In this document: positions 38,769-52,043 of the stretch, piece after piece
Numbering within the stretch: position 1 is the stretch's first letter
How the letters are laid out: every line of letters starts with the position of its first letter
Assembly: GCA_004764695.1 (NCBI GenBank)
Contig: SMSO01000033.1
Coordinates: 682,001 to 746,000 of the forward strand
Length of the DNA: 64,000 nucleotides
Direction of reading: 5' to 3'
DNA from: Schizochytrium sp. TIO01
Taxonomy: Eukaryota; Protista; Bigyra: Labyrinthulomycetes
Made by a program: the position numbers and the translations under genes
Notes under the pieces: model-generated
Database searches by the model: none
Told to the model about the DNA's origin: nothing
The model's input: the letters and a program-made list of their open reading frames with translations, nothing else

Positions 38769-41700
38769 CATTCATTTATATTAAAGATGGAAGATATTTT
38801 ATCTAGCTAACGAAAGACACCAGGACCCAGATAAAAGGGGTCGCAATCGTTCTACACAAAGCGTTGCGGCCTCTTCGTAAAATGCTCTTCTCGCAGACAC
38901 GGCTGCATTGCAAATAATCTGGCGGTTCACAATTCACGACAATAGGTATCTATCATAGTATGGGTGGAGGAAATCTTAGTTTTAAGACATACTCGGCAAT
39001 AGGAGAAGCACAAGTATGCTTCTTTTCCAATGAAAATGTAGATATTGAATAAAAGAATCACCCCTTGCAATCCAAGGATGATAAGCAGCTCATCAACTTC
39101 ACTATTTGACTTGGTAGTTTTTCAATTTTTGTTTCTTTTCTTTTCTCTATACAGAATCCTTTCTTTCTTGGAAACAATGTTCTAATTTTTAGGTTACTTT
39201 GTGTTATTATTATCCCCTTTTCTTCTTCTACTCACTTTTTTCATTGCCATTAAAAGAATGAATGAATTCTTAATTATTATTTTTCAATTTTGAATATAAT
39301 AATAATAATAATATATGATAATAATAAACAGAATCAGGCGAAATTTTATTATAAAGATACATCGATCTGTCACAAGTATAACATAACAGGTAAAGAAAAA
39401 AGAAGAAGAAGAAGAAGAAGAAGAAGAAGAGAACTTTAACCAATTGAAGAAGAAAGAGACATCGAGATCTGACAGTCAAAGCGAAAGAAACCAAAGCATC
39501 AAACAAACAAACAAACAAAGCCTGGTACTCTGCTCACGTCAAGACGAGTCGGCAGCGGAGGAGGAGGCAGACAGCCGAGGCTGGAGCCGCGAGACACCCG
39601 GGAAGGACCGAGGCAGCGTGGAGACGCGCCGCCTCACGCCGAGCAGCACCTGCTTTCGCCTAACTGCTTTGGCTTGCTTTTCATTCAGGAGGTGATCCAT
39701 TCACGCGGCACTCATCCATCCATCCATCCACTCCTCCTTCGACAAGGGCGGGCACAAGCCAACCTTGACGTGGGCCGGAGGGAAGATACCAAGGGCTGCC
39801 TGCCAGCAGCTGGTACGCAATTCCCGCGTCAGGAGGTCTGGCCGCAGCCAGTGCTGTGCGACGGTGCCTCGCTTGCTTTGCTTGCTGGCATTGACGCCAA
39901 CTGATACCAATTAAAGATAGCCACATAGGTACATACATACATACATACATATAAATTGAGAGAGACCCCAACAACATCCAAAGAGGCGACCAAAGAAGAA
40001 CAGGTAAGTAGTGCAAGAAATAGAGATGCAGGGCAAAGAATGGCAGTGACAACCCTGCTCATTGATTGTGGTGGTTGACAGCTTATCCATCCTCCTCCCT
40101 TCGCGCACTCGAACCTCTTCTGACGCTTGAAAGAGCAATGTGAAGGGCTTCGAGAGCTTTTTTTTGCTTTCAAGCCTCTGAAAGTTTTGGAAAGCTGTTT
40201 GTAAACTTTTTCAATCGAAAGGAGTTGAGAGTTATGGAAGATGTGGAAAGCAGGAAGGAGATAGAAAAGGGCAAAAAGATTGTGATAGCGATCTATTTAT
40301 TATTCTATTCTATCGATGGAGGAATGGAAGGAGAAAGAAGAACCACAGGTTAAGAGGAATCGTTGAGAGGTGAATTGATGTGAAAAAGAAACAGAGAAAC
40401 CAAAAGAATCCAAGAAATAAAGAAACAGAGGCCATAAATAGTCTTTGGATTTTTTGTTTGGAAGAACCAGAAGAAGAGGATATGATTGAGAATGGATAAA
40501 CGAACGCATCGTTCTTCCACACAAAGGCGGCAGAAGAAGAGAAAGTCGGATGATTTCTACGTGCTCCGCCTTACTTCGATGCGGATTCGCCAGCTGGAGA
40601 TAGGTTTATTGTTTATTCACGCGAGAATATCGATGAATGGCCTCTGAACGGTCTATGCACGTATTTATGTATGCATGCATGCATGTATAATGTGTTTAGA
40701 CGTCGTTTCATTTTCTGAAATTGTGGTGGGTCTGAGGTTCGTGACAGCTGAGAATCTCGATGGTTGAAAGCGAGGGAACCCTCTCCAACGAAATTCCCAA
40801 TGTCCAGGAGCTCCACGGCTGTCCGGGTGGGAACGTCAAGGCACTGACTGTTTGCTGTATGGACGTGGAGACCGGTATGGATATCGTGAAGTAATCTGGA
40901 CTCCCACTACACAGTCAGCCAAGAGACGCAAAGAAAAGAAAGAGAGCTCGGCGTACTCTTCTCTTCTTTGCAGGGAAGAGGAAGGGAGGTTCATGGGACT
41001 GCCGTGCTGGCTGGCTGGGCTGTCTTTGATCGAGTGACTGAGTGAGTGACAAGAGGCAGCCCGCGCTGCAGCTAGCGAGCGCTCCCTGTCTCTCGCGAGG
41101 CTTGAGGCTGGCTTGCTTGTTTGCTATCTTTGTTGTCTTTGCAGAAGCGCCTAGGACTTGAAGTGGATGGACTGCGAGGTTTTCGAGATCGGCAGCATCG
41201 TGTTCATGTTTCGACGTCTCTGCGTCAAGGCAAAGCAAGACGAGCTGAGCTGAGCAAACCTTGGCCATGCAGGAAGGGAAGCAAAGGCCCTACCTGGCTC
41301 GCGACGAGAAGCATATATTATCGGGAAGCGACTGCCTCTCAGAAGGTTGTGCTCTCGCGCAGTAGTGACGGCGCCCTATTATGTAGAGCACCAGACTGAT
41401 GTGCAAAGTTGCTCGTACGATGGACAAAACCTTGTTCCCTGGCGCAAGCATGCAACAAAGAGGGGCCAAGGTGCTCGTGCCTCCGCTGCCCCGAGATCAC
41501 ACTGACCAACCGCCTCGAGCAGCAGGGCAGGTGCCTCTCCTTCTTCGTCCGCGCGACCTTCGCCGGCAGGCCTGTCCTCTCGGCTCGCTTGACTTGGTTC
41601 GCTTCAACTAGCGAGCTAAGTAAGATAGCAGAGCGCCTGTCGTTGCTTCTTCTCCTTCTTCTTCTTCTTCTATTTGTTTGCCTTTGTCTCTCTTCCTCCT

Positions 41701-41836
41701 CCTTTTTGATATTCTGTGGCTCCCCTTTCTTCTCTCCCCTCTTTTCTTCCTTCCTTCCTTCGCTTTCTTTTCTTTTCTTTTCTTTTCTTTTCTTTCTTTA
41801 TTCCTTTCTATTTAGCAAGCCAAAGTTAAAGTAAGA

Positions 41837-41839
<3 letters not shown>

Positions 41840-41873
<34 letters not shown>

Positions 41874-41875
41874 AA
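41840..41875. repeat. (GAAA)9 microsatellite
   Basis: Perfect run, preceded by a CT-rich tract at ~41640-41810. Confidence 0.95.
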
Positions 41876-42484
41876 AGACGAAAAGCACTCTGTTCCTTTC
41901 TTTCCTTCCCTTTTCCTTTGTCTGCTGTTTCTTCCTCTCTCCCGGCACTACTAATAGGACTTGGAGACAAGTCTGAGCTGTCCCTTTGTGCGTTAGTGTC
42001 CATTTAAAATACATCGCCGGGACTTGAGGCGCCGAGAGGTGCAGGAGGAGGAGGCCGGATAAAGAGATAGATTTGCAGCAAGCAAGCAAAAGCAGGGATG
42101 AATAGAGAGAGAGAGGTTTTTTGGGGGGTGCGGAGAGACGTATTTTGGAAATGGGTATTTGGTTTGGAGGCTTCCGTTTGGAGTTTACTTCCTATCTGTC
42201 TGTTTCTCTGGGATGGGCTGATTCTTCTTTGTTTCTTTTTTCTTTCTCTTTCTTCTCGATAAAATTCCTCGATCTCTCTTCCTTTTTTTTCCACCTCTGT
42301 AGCTTCCACTTCGCTTTCTTCCACTTTTATTGTAGTTTACTGTTTTGTTTGTTTGTCTGTTTTGTGTGGAGTTGGTAAAGTCTCCAAGTTTGGAAGTTTG
42401 GATACGTGAATAGACCAATCAAAGGCTTCTTCCTCCTCCCCCTCTTCTCTTCTGCAAAAAGGGAACTCGAGAAAGAGAAAAGTT

Positions 42485-42514
<30 letters not shown>
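42485..42514. repeat. (AAC)10 microsatellite
   Basis: Perfect run. Confidence 0.95.
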
Positions 42515-42517
<3 letters not shown>

Positions 42518-44224
42518 AGCAAATAGAAGCTTTAAATAAAAGAGACAATAAAAGCGAGGAAGCAAGCAAATAAGAAGAGGCAGGAGGGGAAGTCGCCACC
42601 ATTATATTTACAGCGGAAAGGAAGAAAACATCGATGAAGCAAAAGCAATCGCAAATTAAGGAGGAATAAGCTCGAATAACAACACCAACAGCTTTTCGAC
42701 TGACGCGCTCGCTCGCTACGATAAGCAGAAGACCACGTAAGTATCAATTAGTCAGTGAGTCAAGCAATCAATCAATCTATCAATCAGTCAATCAGCCAAT
42801 CCATCGATTACACAGCCGGCCTCTCTCTTAGTGGATGAGAGTAACGCTTCGTTTGATTTCGTTTCGTTGATTCCCGAAGAAGCAGCGGCCCGGTCGAAAG
42901 CTGGCAATCTATCGAGAACAAAAACCCGGCGTCGTTGGACTGATTGAGCAGGAGGAAACTTAACTTGAAGCAGTAAGTATTGGCAGTATTTATGTGTATT
43001 ACATGCACGTTTATGGCATGAAGCAGAGAGGAGAGAGAAATGGCAATGTGCTTGTTTGTTATAGAATGATTTTTGCAGCACCCGTTGCGGATTTCCGTAT
43101 GACAGCAGTTGTACATCTATCTTTGGCTTGCTTTGGCTGTAGTGTTGTTACTCAACCATTGAGTTTGGAAGTGCCACCAGTCTGCGCTTTTCGATGGATG
43201 TAGCATGTATGTGTATGTTGTATATAGCAGCCAAAGTACTCGTGGAGCGGGTGTAGGGTGGCTCTTCTTCGACAAGAGGATGTGCTTCGTTGCGAAAGTT
43301 GGAGGGACTATGGGAAACTAACTGGCGGCTGTTACTCGTTCTTCTCGTTGGTTTATTTATTTGTTTGGTTGTTTGGTTGTTTGTTTGTTTTTATCGTTCC
43401 TCTCGGGATTTGCCTCACTGCGTCACACTGTAACCTGGCATTCATTCTTTTGCGATATCGATTGGCTGGCTGGCTGGCTGGCTCATTGAAAATGGTGGTG
43501 GATTCGAGGTGGCTCGCTCTCCCACTCACTCTCACTGTGCCTAATCCTCTTGCTCTGGCCCTGGCGCACATGCTTTGTTGATTTTGATTCTCTTGGATTG
43601 GATTGCGCGTTTCTGTTGTTTTCGGTGCACCGGTGTACTACTATTCTCATTCAACGATTCACTGATTCACTCTCACTCACTCACTCACTCGCTCATTCGT
43701 GCTTTTCATGTGCTCTTTTTCTTTTCTTTTTGTCTTTTTGAAATGGTTCGCGCGCTCACTTTGTTGCATTCTCCTCTCGTTCGTTTTCGTCTTTTTCTTT
43801 TTCTTTTTTCTTTTTGCTTCGCTTCTTTCACTTACGTCACTGCTTTTTGTTTCTTTGGAATGCTTTTTTTTTTTCTTTTTTCCAACTCTTCATTTCCCGG
43901 CGCTCCTCTTTTTTCTTCTCACTGTTTTTCTTTCTCTTTTTGCGATGTTCTTTTATCTCCTTTCTGTTTCACTGGAAAACTTTCTTTCTCTTAAACACCA
44001 CCACCTGAGCACGTTGACTCAATCGACTCGCTCCTGACTGACTGATTGACTGCCTCGCCCATCCTTAGACATCCGCTTCAAGCAGCATACATCTTGCTTA
44101 TTCGCTCTCGTCACATTCTCTTCGTGAAAAAGGATCTAACAGCCATATTTTAGACTCCTTTCCTCGAGACTCTATCACTTCATTTATTGCACAAACTCAA
44201 CAAAAAGGAGCAAGAAAGAGAGAC

Positions 44225-44226
44225 GA

Positions 44227-44288
<62 letters not shown>
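44225..44288. repeat. (GAAA)16 microsatellite
   Basis: Perfect run. Confidence 0.97.
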
Positions 44289-44290
<2 letters not shown>

Positions 44291-44971
44291 ATTTCGTTCT
44301 GTTCTGCTTTTTTAAAACGAAATTGCAATTGTAATCAGACAAATCTAGTGATCGCAGGGAGAAAGAAAGAAAGAGTCCCCACTCGTCAAACCGCTAACTA
44401 ACTAACTAACTAACGAACCTACACAAACCAAAGAGATCAGGCGTAACTACAAAACACATCTCATCTACGCAAAACGAAGGGATTTTGATTAAAAAACAAC
44501 AAAGAAAGAAACAAAGTAAGTACAAGAAAGAAACAAAGAAAGAACCCTGACTTTCAAAACTGCATCATCAATCCATCAGTCTGTCAGTCAGTCTGTCAAT
44601 CGATCGATCGATTGACCAATCCATCGGCTGAAGGCAGCATCGCGCGACTGCTTCTCCTTGGCTGGCTGGCTGGAGGCAGAGGCAGAGGCAGGCAGGTGGA
44701 AGCACCCACGGACGCAGGCAGGGAGGAGCTAGCTGGCTGCCTGCAAGGAGAGACTGGAGCTGGAGCTGGAACGGACCATCTGCGAACCGATAGTACTGAT
44801 ATAGAGACAGACTGCTACTGACTCCTCTCTTTCTCTTTATTATCGATAGAGATCGATAGAGATTCGTCCATTCATTCGCAACGTGGAATATTGAGGAGAT
44901 AGATCATAAGGTACCCGAATTTTGGGGCTTTTGGCGTCAAACAGAGCGAATTGACTGCTGCGGTTTATTTC

Positions 44972-45513
<542 letters not shown>

Positions 45514-46394
45514 CGTTTCGAATTGATCGAAATATCGAAGCTCCGTCGGGAAAATCTGCGCCTATATTCATTGCAGACTCTATCGCAGGAAGAAGGAGTG
45601 CTGCGAGAGGGCAGCCTGGAAGCAAAGCCAAGTAGCTAGATTAATTTGCAGCCACTTGCTTGCTTGCTTGCTTTTGCTCACTGTGGAAGGTCAGAGCGCA
45701 AAACCACCCGCGAGATAATAGACCTCGCGTTCGTGGTGCAGCGAGCGAGACGAAGCCACAATCGATCAATCAATCTATCAACAATCACTCAGATAGATAG
45801 CGAGACAGAGCTCGCTCGTCCGAGACGGAGGTGCGGAGCCCCCTGCTTTCAAAATAGGCAGGTGCCCCTCCCAGCGCGGCCCCCAGTTGAAAGCTAGCTA
45901 GCTTTCAATTTACCTCGTCCCCACTGGAAGGCGCCTCTCTCAAGCCTGTGGTTTTCTTTCCTCTCAAGCTCAGTCTCTGGCAGCCTAGAGGGGGCTCTCT
46001 CTCTCTGACTGACGGGCGGCTGAAGGCTGTTTCGAGCTGCGCACTTCCCCCTCAGATCCCAGGTGGTGTGAGGTGGGTGGAGCGCAGAGGGGACGGGCGG
46101 GGAGCTTCCATCCAGGCTCGCCTAGGGACCCTTGGCAGATCCAGCCTCGCCTCGCGCCATAATAAGCAAGCCTGGCAAAGCCTTGAAGAAGGCTGGACAA
46201 AGGGAATACATTCAATCCATCAATCATTCATTCGTTTACTCACTGACGCACTCACTCGTTGATACATTATTCGTAGATTCGCAGACGGAAGGCGGAGAAG
46301 GCACGTAAGTAGGTAAGTAAGCAAGGAGGCAGCTAGCTGAGTCAGGCAGGATCGAGGAGCGCAAATCTGTGCCCACCACGAAACAGTGGTGCAG

Positions 46395-46396
46395 TA

Positions 46397-46456
<60 letters not shown>
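46395..46456. repeat. (TA)n microsatellite
   Basis: Near-perfect dinucleotide run. Confidence 0.97.
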
Positions 46457-46459
<3 letters not shown>

Positions 46460-48406
46460 TGCATAACAGTGCATTTACTCATGGTTTCGTTCGTTTCTTC
46501 TCTTTCCTTTGAACGGGAGCTCTGTCTGTTTCTTCATGTATGTTTGTTTGTATGAATGGCGTACGAAGTAGGGACATTGAGGGATGTTCTGATGTTCTGA
46601 AGAGAAGAATGGAGAGAAATATATATATATATATATGTTGAGCGAAACAAAAAGGGGGATTTATTAGCAGAGTTCGCGCCGCCGACTCCGAGAAAAGAAA
46701 GGAAAGGAAAGGAAAGGAAAGAAAGGGGGGAAAGAAAGAAGAAAGAAAAAAGGGAAGAAGGGAAAAAAGAGAGACTCACTCGATTTTCACAATTTTAGTA
46801 TTTGTTTGAATTGGTTTTTGTTTTTATTATTGCTTTTTATTTTTTTATTACAATAAAAAAGGAAAAGAAAACAGAGGAAAAAAGATTAGAACTTCAACTT
46901 TGGAGAGCAAAACAATAACGCGAGAACAAGGAGACGAAGAATTCATAGGTTGATCGAGCTTGGTCAATCGATCCATCAATCGAAGAGAATCGCAAACGCA
47001 AAGCGCCCCCGCAAGTGACACGGTGTCTTAGTTGGCTGGGTGGGCTACGAGTACAGGCATCAGCAGCTGCAGCAGCTGCTGCTGCTGCTGGTATTCCGAC
47101 AGAAATTCGAGAGAGCAAAACACTTGAGGTTGCTTTTTAAGTCTCTTACTTTGTTATTTGTTTGTTTGCTTGTTTGGCATTGAGTTCTGTACCCAGTGCA
47201 TTTGTTGCGTTACATTGCGAGGTGCCGTGGTGCGAGGCTGGATTGCTGGGAGGTCTACCGATACAGAGTTTGGAAAGCCTGGAGCTTAATTGAAGGGCGC
47301 TGGAATCGAAGTTGTTGGGGACCAAAGCAACTACAAAAACCTTCGCAACGAGTGGCGCTTGCATGGCGAGACTGATTGATCTCTTTACAGTGAAGTAACA
47401 GCAATCGACAAACTGGGGGCTGACTGCCTGCAAAAGGGACTTGCGGACAACACGTGGACACCCAGGCCAAAGGAGAGCAAGGCAAGTTGAGAGATTTGGC
47501 AACGAGACTCGGAACGTGGTGGTGGTAGCTCACAAGTGATAAGGTCTCGTGGCGAGACTGTGCTGTCCCACCCCGAGAACTGTGAACTCTCATTATTGTC
47601 ATTTACGCTCGGCAGCATCATCCTCATTCATACTGACGTAGTGGAATAGGTACATAAACCCAGCTGGTACAATTCAAGCGAGCGAGAAAGCAAACAGCTA
47701 ACGCCGTAGCCACGCCACCACAGTCAAGCGGGGTACTCTGCCATACTAGCAAATACGGATTTCATAGTGCATGCAAGAACGAGCCATATTACTACTTCTT
47801 AGTTTTAGTAGTAGCCTCGATCGCAGCTGGTCATTATTATTATTGGAGAAGCTCGAGAGCACAAAAGCAAACAAAAAACCTCCTGTATACTTCACATTAT
47901 TACTCTTTCAATCAGCGGAGATAAGATCGACGATTAGTCTTTAGGACAATTGAGGCTAATAGAGCCTGAAGTTTACGCCAAGCACAGCGACGATTATTAG
48001 CTGCCTAGCTGTGTTATAGAGCATACCCAGCGTTGTTCTCTACCTACATACAGGTGACTCAGATACCTCTCACATTCCCTGCCAATTGTGAGTGAGATTG
48101 ACAGAATTGAGCCCGCTCAAGTGGTGAAGTCTAGTAGCTATCTACTCCCACGTCTTTACAAAGTCTCTTACCTTCGTTTAGAAGCTCGACACAGTTTCCA
48201 CCACGACGCTTCTGCACAGAAGTCGCCCTGTTGTTCAGGGCAACAGAAGGGGCCTTGTGCCAACAGTCTTAGTGCCACCTAGGAAAGAAACCATCACCCC
48301 TTACAACCAACCTATTATTATTCGCGTTGCTCACAGCACCGCGTCTCCATCACATTGGACAATTAAGCCACAATCAAGCCCGCAAAAACGCAAGCGTTCT
48401 CTGACC

Positions 48407-50377
48407 ATGCACTATGATGCGAATCGTACCCGCAGACGTAAGGCGTCTAATGCTGACACTTCAACTTCCTCATCAGCCGCCTCGCCTCGTGGAATGCCGA
48501 ACTCTCGCACAACATCCTCTTCATCTAATCCACTTCCATTAAGGACTGCACCCTCTATGCGATCAGACACCAGCTCAAGCTCCAGTGTTCCACGGAGGCA
48601 ACCGTATGTCTCCACAGCCACCTCGAGTATATCTTCTTCATCGAGCACTAGCACCACAGCAACTACATCTGCATCTATTACAGACTCCTCGGGCCCATTA
48701 CCGATACGATCTTCCTCTTCACGGGAGCATGAAGATCACGAAGCTCCCAGGGTTTGGCAAGAACGAAATCACCCGCCTGTGGTACTTGCTACTGAACAAC
48801 ATGCACCCTTTGCCCACAACTCCCTTGGTGCAAATGCCGATGTAAACATGGACGAACAAGAGTACATGACACATGTGCAGCGTGAATCAACACAAAATTT
48901 CTCTGAACAAGAAATGAGTTCTTACCTTGATGTTTTGTTACAGGACGAAGACGTTAGCAGTGGAGGACACCACCCATCAGGTTTCTCTCCATATAATTCA
49001 TCAGCACGCCATACCCAGTATTCAATAGTACCTAACTCACATCTTTCGGATGCATCCATGAGTCCCGATCCATCAAGACGACAAACTTCGGGGCCCTCGC
49101 CAGCATCTGCTGAATTTCCAGCTGCCCCAGGAGCGGTGGCCTCGGCGGCATCAGGACCTCCGACGGTCCCACCCTCATCGACATCTTCCTCTTCATCTGC
49201 TTCATCCTCATCATCAGTGTCCTCTTCCCTCTCACCTCTTAGTTACCACCCACAGCATCATCGACAGAATTCTGCAGGCAGTGGGTTTAAAAGACCGCGA
49301 TCGTGGGCTCAACCTGCAATGATTTTACCATCTTTTGGTGGTATCTCTGTTGTATCTGACTGTGCTCGTTCAGAAAGTCCTTGTCTCCGTCGCGATACGA
49401 AACCCTCACCCCAGTCCCTGTCAGGACCTGGATCAGCATCATTCTATGAATGGTCTCCTCGCGAAGGAGTTCAAGATTCACAATTTCCCCCGTTTTCCCC
49501 TCTTCAGCAACAAGGACAACACAGATCTCAACATGGTTTCTACGGGGCGTATGAAGGGTCCAACCAAGGCTTTCATGAGCATGACATGTACGGGGGACAA
49601 TTGGACGGGATAGCACAACAACGTCATGCGCAGTACTCTCCTTATGCATCATCTACATTAGGTACTTCACCAACAGGGCAGTTCAGAGGAAACCCCTATC
49701 ACCGTCAGTCCGATATGGGAAGCACATACGCAACCGTTGCTGCCTCTGGCACAGGGCCAAGGCATTTTGAACAACAGCATCAACAACAACAACAGCAACC
49801 TACGCCCAGTTACGGATTTCCAACTTATTCTACTGTGCAAGATCAGCGGCGCATGGGAAGCGCTGCTGTAAACACCATGGGCAATAATTCGTCTCGAGCG
49901 ATATCTGGCGGTCTTAGTGCTCGTATCATGGGCGGAGCATCTGTTCCTGACATGCTCGCGAGGGACCCTTCTTCCACAGGCGGGGACGAATCTGATGGTG
50001 GGGTTGGTGGCAAACCCGGTCCTGACGAAGGTAAATATAGGAAAGGTAAATGGGATATTGAAGAGGAAATATTGCTCTTACATGTGGTGTATTGCTTTCT
50101 GGATCGTGAGCTTAAAGATATCGCAGTAATTGCGTTCGATTGTGGCATCTCAAGATCATCTCGTGCAATTGATAAGAAACTGAAACGTGTCGTTCCCTTT
50201 GAAAAGTGGAAAAAAAGAGATATTTCTCAAATGCAGGATCGTCTTGCCGCGGTTCTCCATACACGTGGCTGGATGGAGCTTGACCCATCTGGTCGCACAA
50301 TGATTCAAAGGGCTAGAGACCGTGCACGTGCACGAGGAGAAAGCTCGTACGAGCCGGCATATTCAAAGAATAAGTAA
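48407..50377 (+). CDS. Putative transcription factor: long Ser/Pro/Gln-rich disordered region plus C-terminal Myb/SANT-like domain
   Basis: Track ORF 48257..50377, first ATG at 48407 (MHYDANRTRRRK, basic NLS-like). The low-complexity body includes poly-S and poly-Q. The C-terminal YRKGKWDIEEEILLLHVVY...ISRSSRAIDKKLKR (~50039-50190) resembles Myb helix 1 (KGxWxxEEDxxL) and the R-S/T start of the recognition helix. Confidence 0.7.
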   Translation: MHYDANRTRRRKASNADTSTSSSAASPRGMPNSRTTSSSSNPLPLRTAPSMRSDTSSSSSVPRRQPYVSTATSSISSSSSTSTTATTSASITDSSGPLPIRSSSSREHEDHEAPRVWQERNHPPVVLATEQHAPFAHNSLGANADVNMDEQEYMTHVQRESTQNFSEQEMSSYLDVLLQDEDVSSGGHHPSGFSPYNSSARHTQYSIVPNSHLSDASMSPDPSRRQTSGPSPASAEFPAAPGAVASAASGPPTVPPSSTSSSSSASSSSSVSSSLSPLSYHPQHHRQNSAGSGFKRPRSWAQPAMILPSFGGISVVSDCARSESPCLRRDTKPSPQSLSGPGSASFYEWSPREGVQDSQFPPFSPLQQQGQHRSQHGFYGAYEGSNQGFHEHDMYGGQLDGIAQQRHAQYSPYASSTLGTSPTGQFRGNPYHRQSDMGSTYATVAASGTGPRHFEQQHQQQQQQPTPSYGFPTYSTVQDQRRMGSAAVNTMGNNSSRAISGGLSARIMGGASVPDMLARDPSSTGGDESDGGVGGKPGPDEGKYRKGKWDIEEEILLLHVVYCFLDRELKDIAVIAFDCGISRSSRAIDKKLKRVVPFEKWKKRDISQMQDRLAAVLHTRGWMELDPSGRTMIQRARDRARARGESSYEPAYSKNK

Positions 50378-51622
50378 ATAAGCGAGATGAACCTAAACTT
50401 CCTAAGCGGAGATTCTTTTGGGTTTGCTACGGCCAGTCACCGTGAAGTATCCTAGAGCTCAACCATACCATCCTAGCCCGTTATGTGAACAGAGTGATCA
50501 ATGCTTTTATGTTCACAGGATTTTCGAATGTCGAATGTCATAATGTGCCAGTCAGTGTAGCGCACTCATAAGCCTCTCTTTTACCTGCCTGTACTTCTTT
50601 ACAAGCCGGAATTACAATCACAAGTTGTCCTGTCTTATCTCAAAGGAGTTGTGAGCCCCCGTAAAGAGTAATAGCTCATTCGGGCTACAAAGTTGAGAAA
50701 TTCAAATATTGTAACCTTTATTCTGTGTCACCGTACTACCCTCCCCCCCCTGAGAAAACTAGTTTCGTACCACTTGACGTTAAATACATTCAGGTATTTT
50801 TATTATAAATTCATGCACGTTGTCATTCAATCTAGCTGAGAGAGTTGCCCAAAGAACCAGTAAAGTTCTATATGAGCACCCTTCATATTGACCGCATTGT
50901 GGTGCTCGAATCTAATATTCCTCGAAAGACCTCTTTTAGGCATGACAAGCCCAGTGATAAACACCTTTTTTCAAAGCTTAGAGGTCAAGATCGTGCCGCT
51001 TGAATTGGTTTTTCATGAGTGCTCGCCTTTCTTAGCCTTAGTTGCATATTTTGAAGTCTACATAAACTCTCTTTGTTGATAACGATAGTATTTTCGTTTC
51101 ACATTTTTCAATCTTCAATTTTATATGAAATCAGGTAATGTGTTATCATCTCGTTGCAAACATTCGCATACACCATTTTCAAAGTAACACCCGCTTGGTG
51201 TCTTAATCAAATCTGGCCAATATAACTATTCGGACTGATACTCTTCCGTTTCACCTGATACATTCATCCTGTCTATGTCCAGAACCTGACCTCAATAGCA
51301 TCTCCTTCTTTTTCACCTTCATCGGCAAGCCTCATTTCACCACACCGTCTGAGTTGGCCACCTTGTCAGACCAGCTAATCTGCAATAAACAAAGAATCTG
51401 ATTTTTAGCATCAAAATAGAAATTGCAGTTCTGGTACGCTGTTTAGCTCTTTCAAATCTCCAAAGCTCATGGACCAGAGGGATGTGCAGTAGAAGTTGGA
51501 TCCCCCTCGTGCTCCCATGGAAATACGTTTTCCCAGGTGCATGATGTACTGCATTCCTTTGATGATTAACGTCTTGATATTGCCTAGGAATTTCGTCGGA
51601 CGCTTCCATCAACCTTTCTTGG

Positions 51623-51662
51623 AGAGGAGACTAATGTCAAACAGAGGAGACTAATGTCAAAC
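51623..51662. repeat. Perfect 20-bp tandem duplication AGAGGAGACTAATGTCAAAC x2
   Basis: Identical adjacent copies at 51623-51642 and 51643-51662. Confidence 0.95.
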
Positions 51663-52043
51663 GAAAGCACCAATGGCACCGGGCGCTGCTAACTCTAGCC
51701 GGAGGCTGTTCGACCACAAGGCAGGAATGAACTCCTTTGACTCAATTCTGCCCCAAGTCCAAGTAGAAGGAATGATAAAACTGGACTCTGAAACTGAGAG
51801 CAGATCCTGAATGACTGAGCTTAAAGTACGCAGGTACTTTTCCTGGTCGTAGAACTTATGGCCTCTATCTTATTAGCATGGAACACACTCTCACTGCTCA
51901 GAGGTAAGAAGTTAAAATCTTTTGGCAACTTGTGTAAAAAACTCAAGCCAAAGCAATCATTCGATGCATAATAGAATAAACACGTAGAAATAGAATTGGT
52001 GCCCAGGTCTTTAGCACTACTAGTAGCGACATAGGCCTTAGCT

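Noticed and set aside
50830-51612. Possible minus-strand spliced gene (fragments MEASDEIPRQ..., GEMRLADEGEKEGDAIE, VFITGLVMPKRGLSRNIRFEHH...)
   Set aside because: I could not build a stop-free exon chain; the best acceptor leads to stops in all frames.
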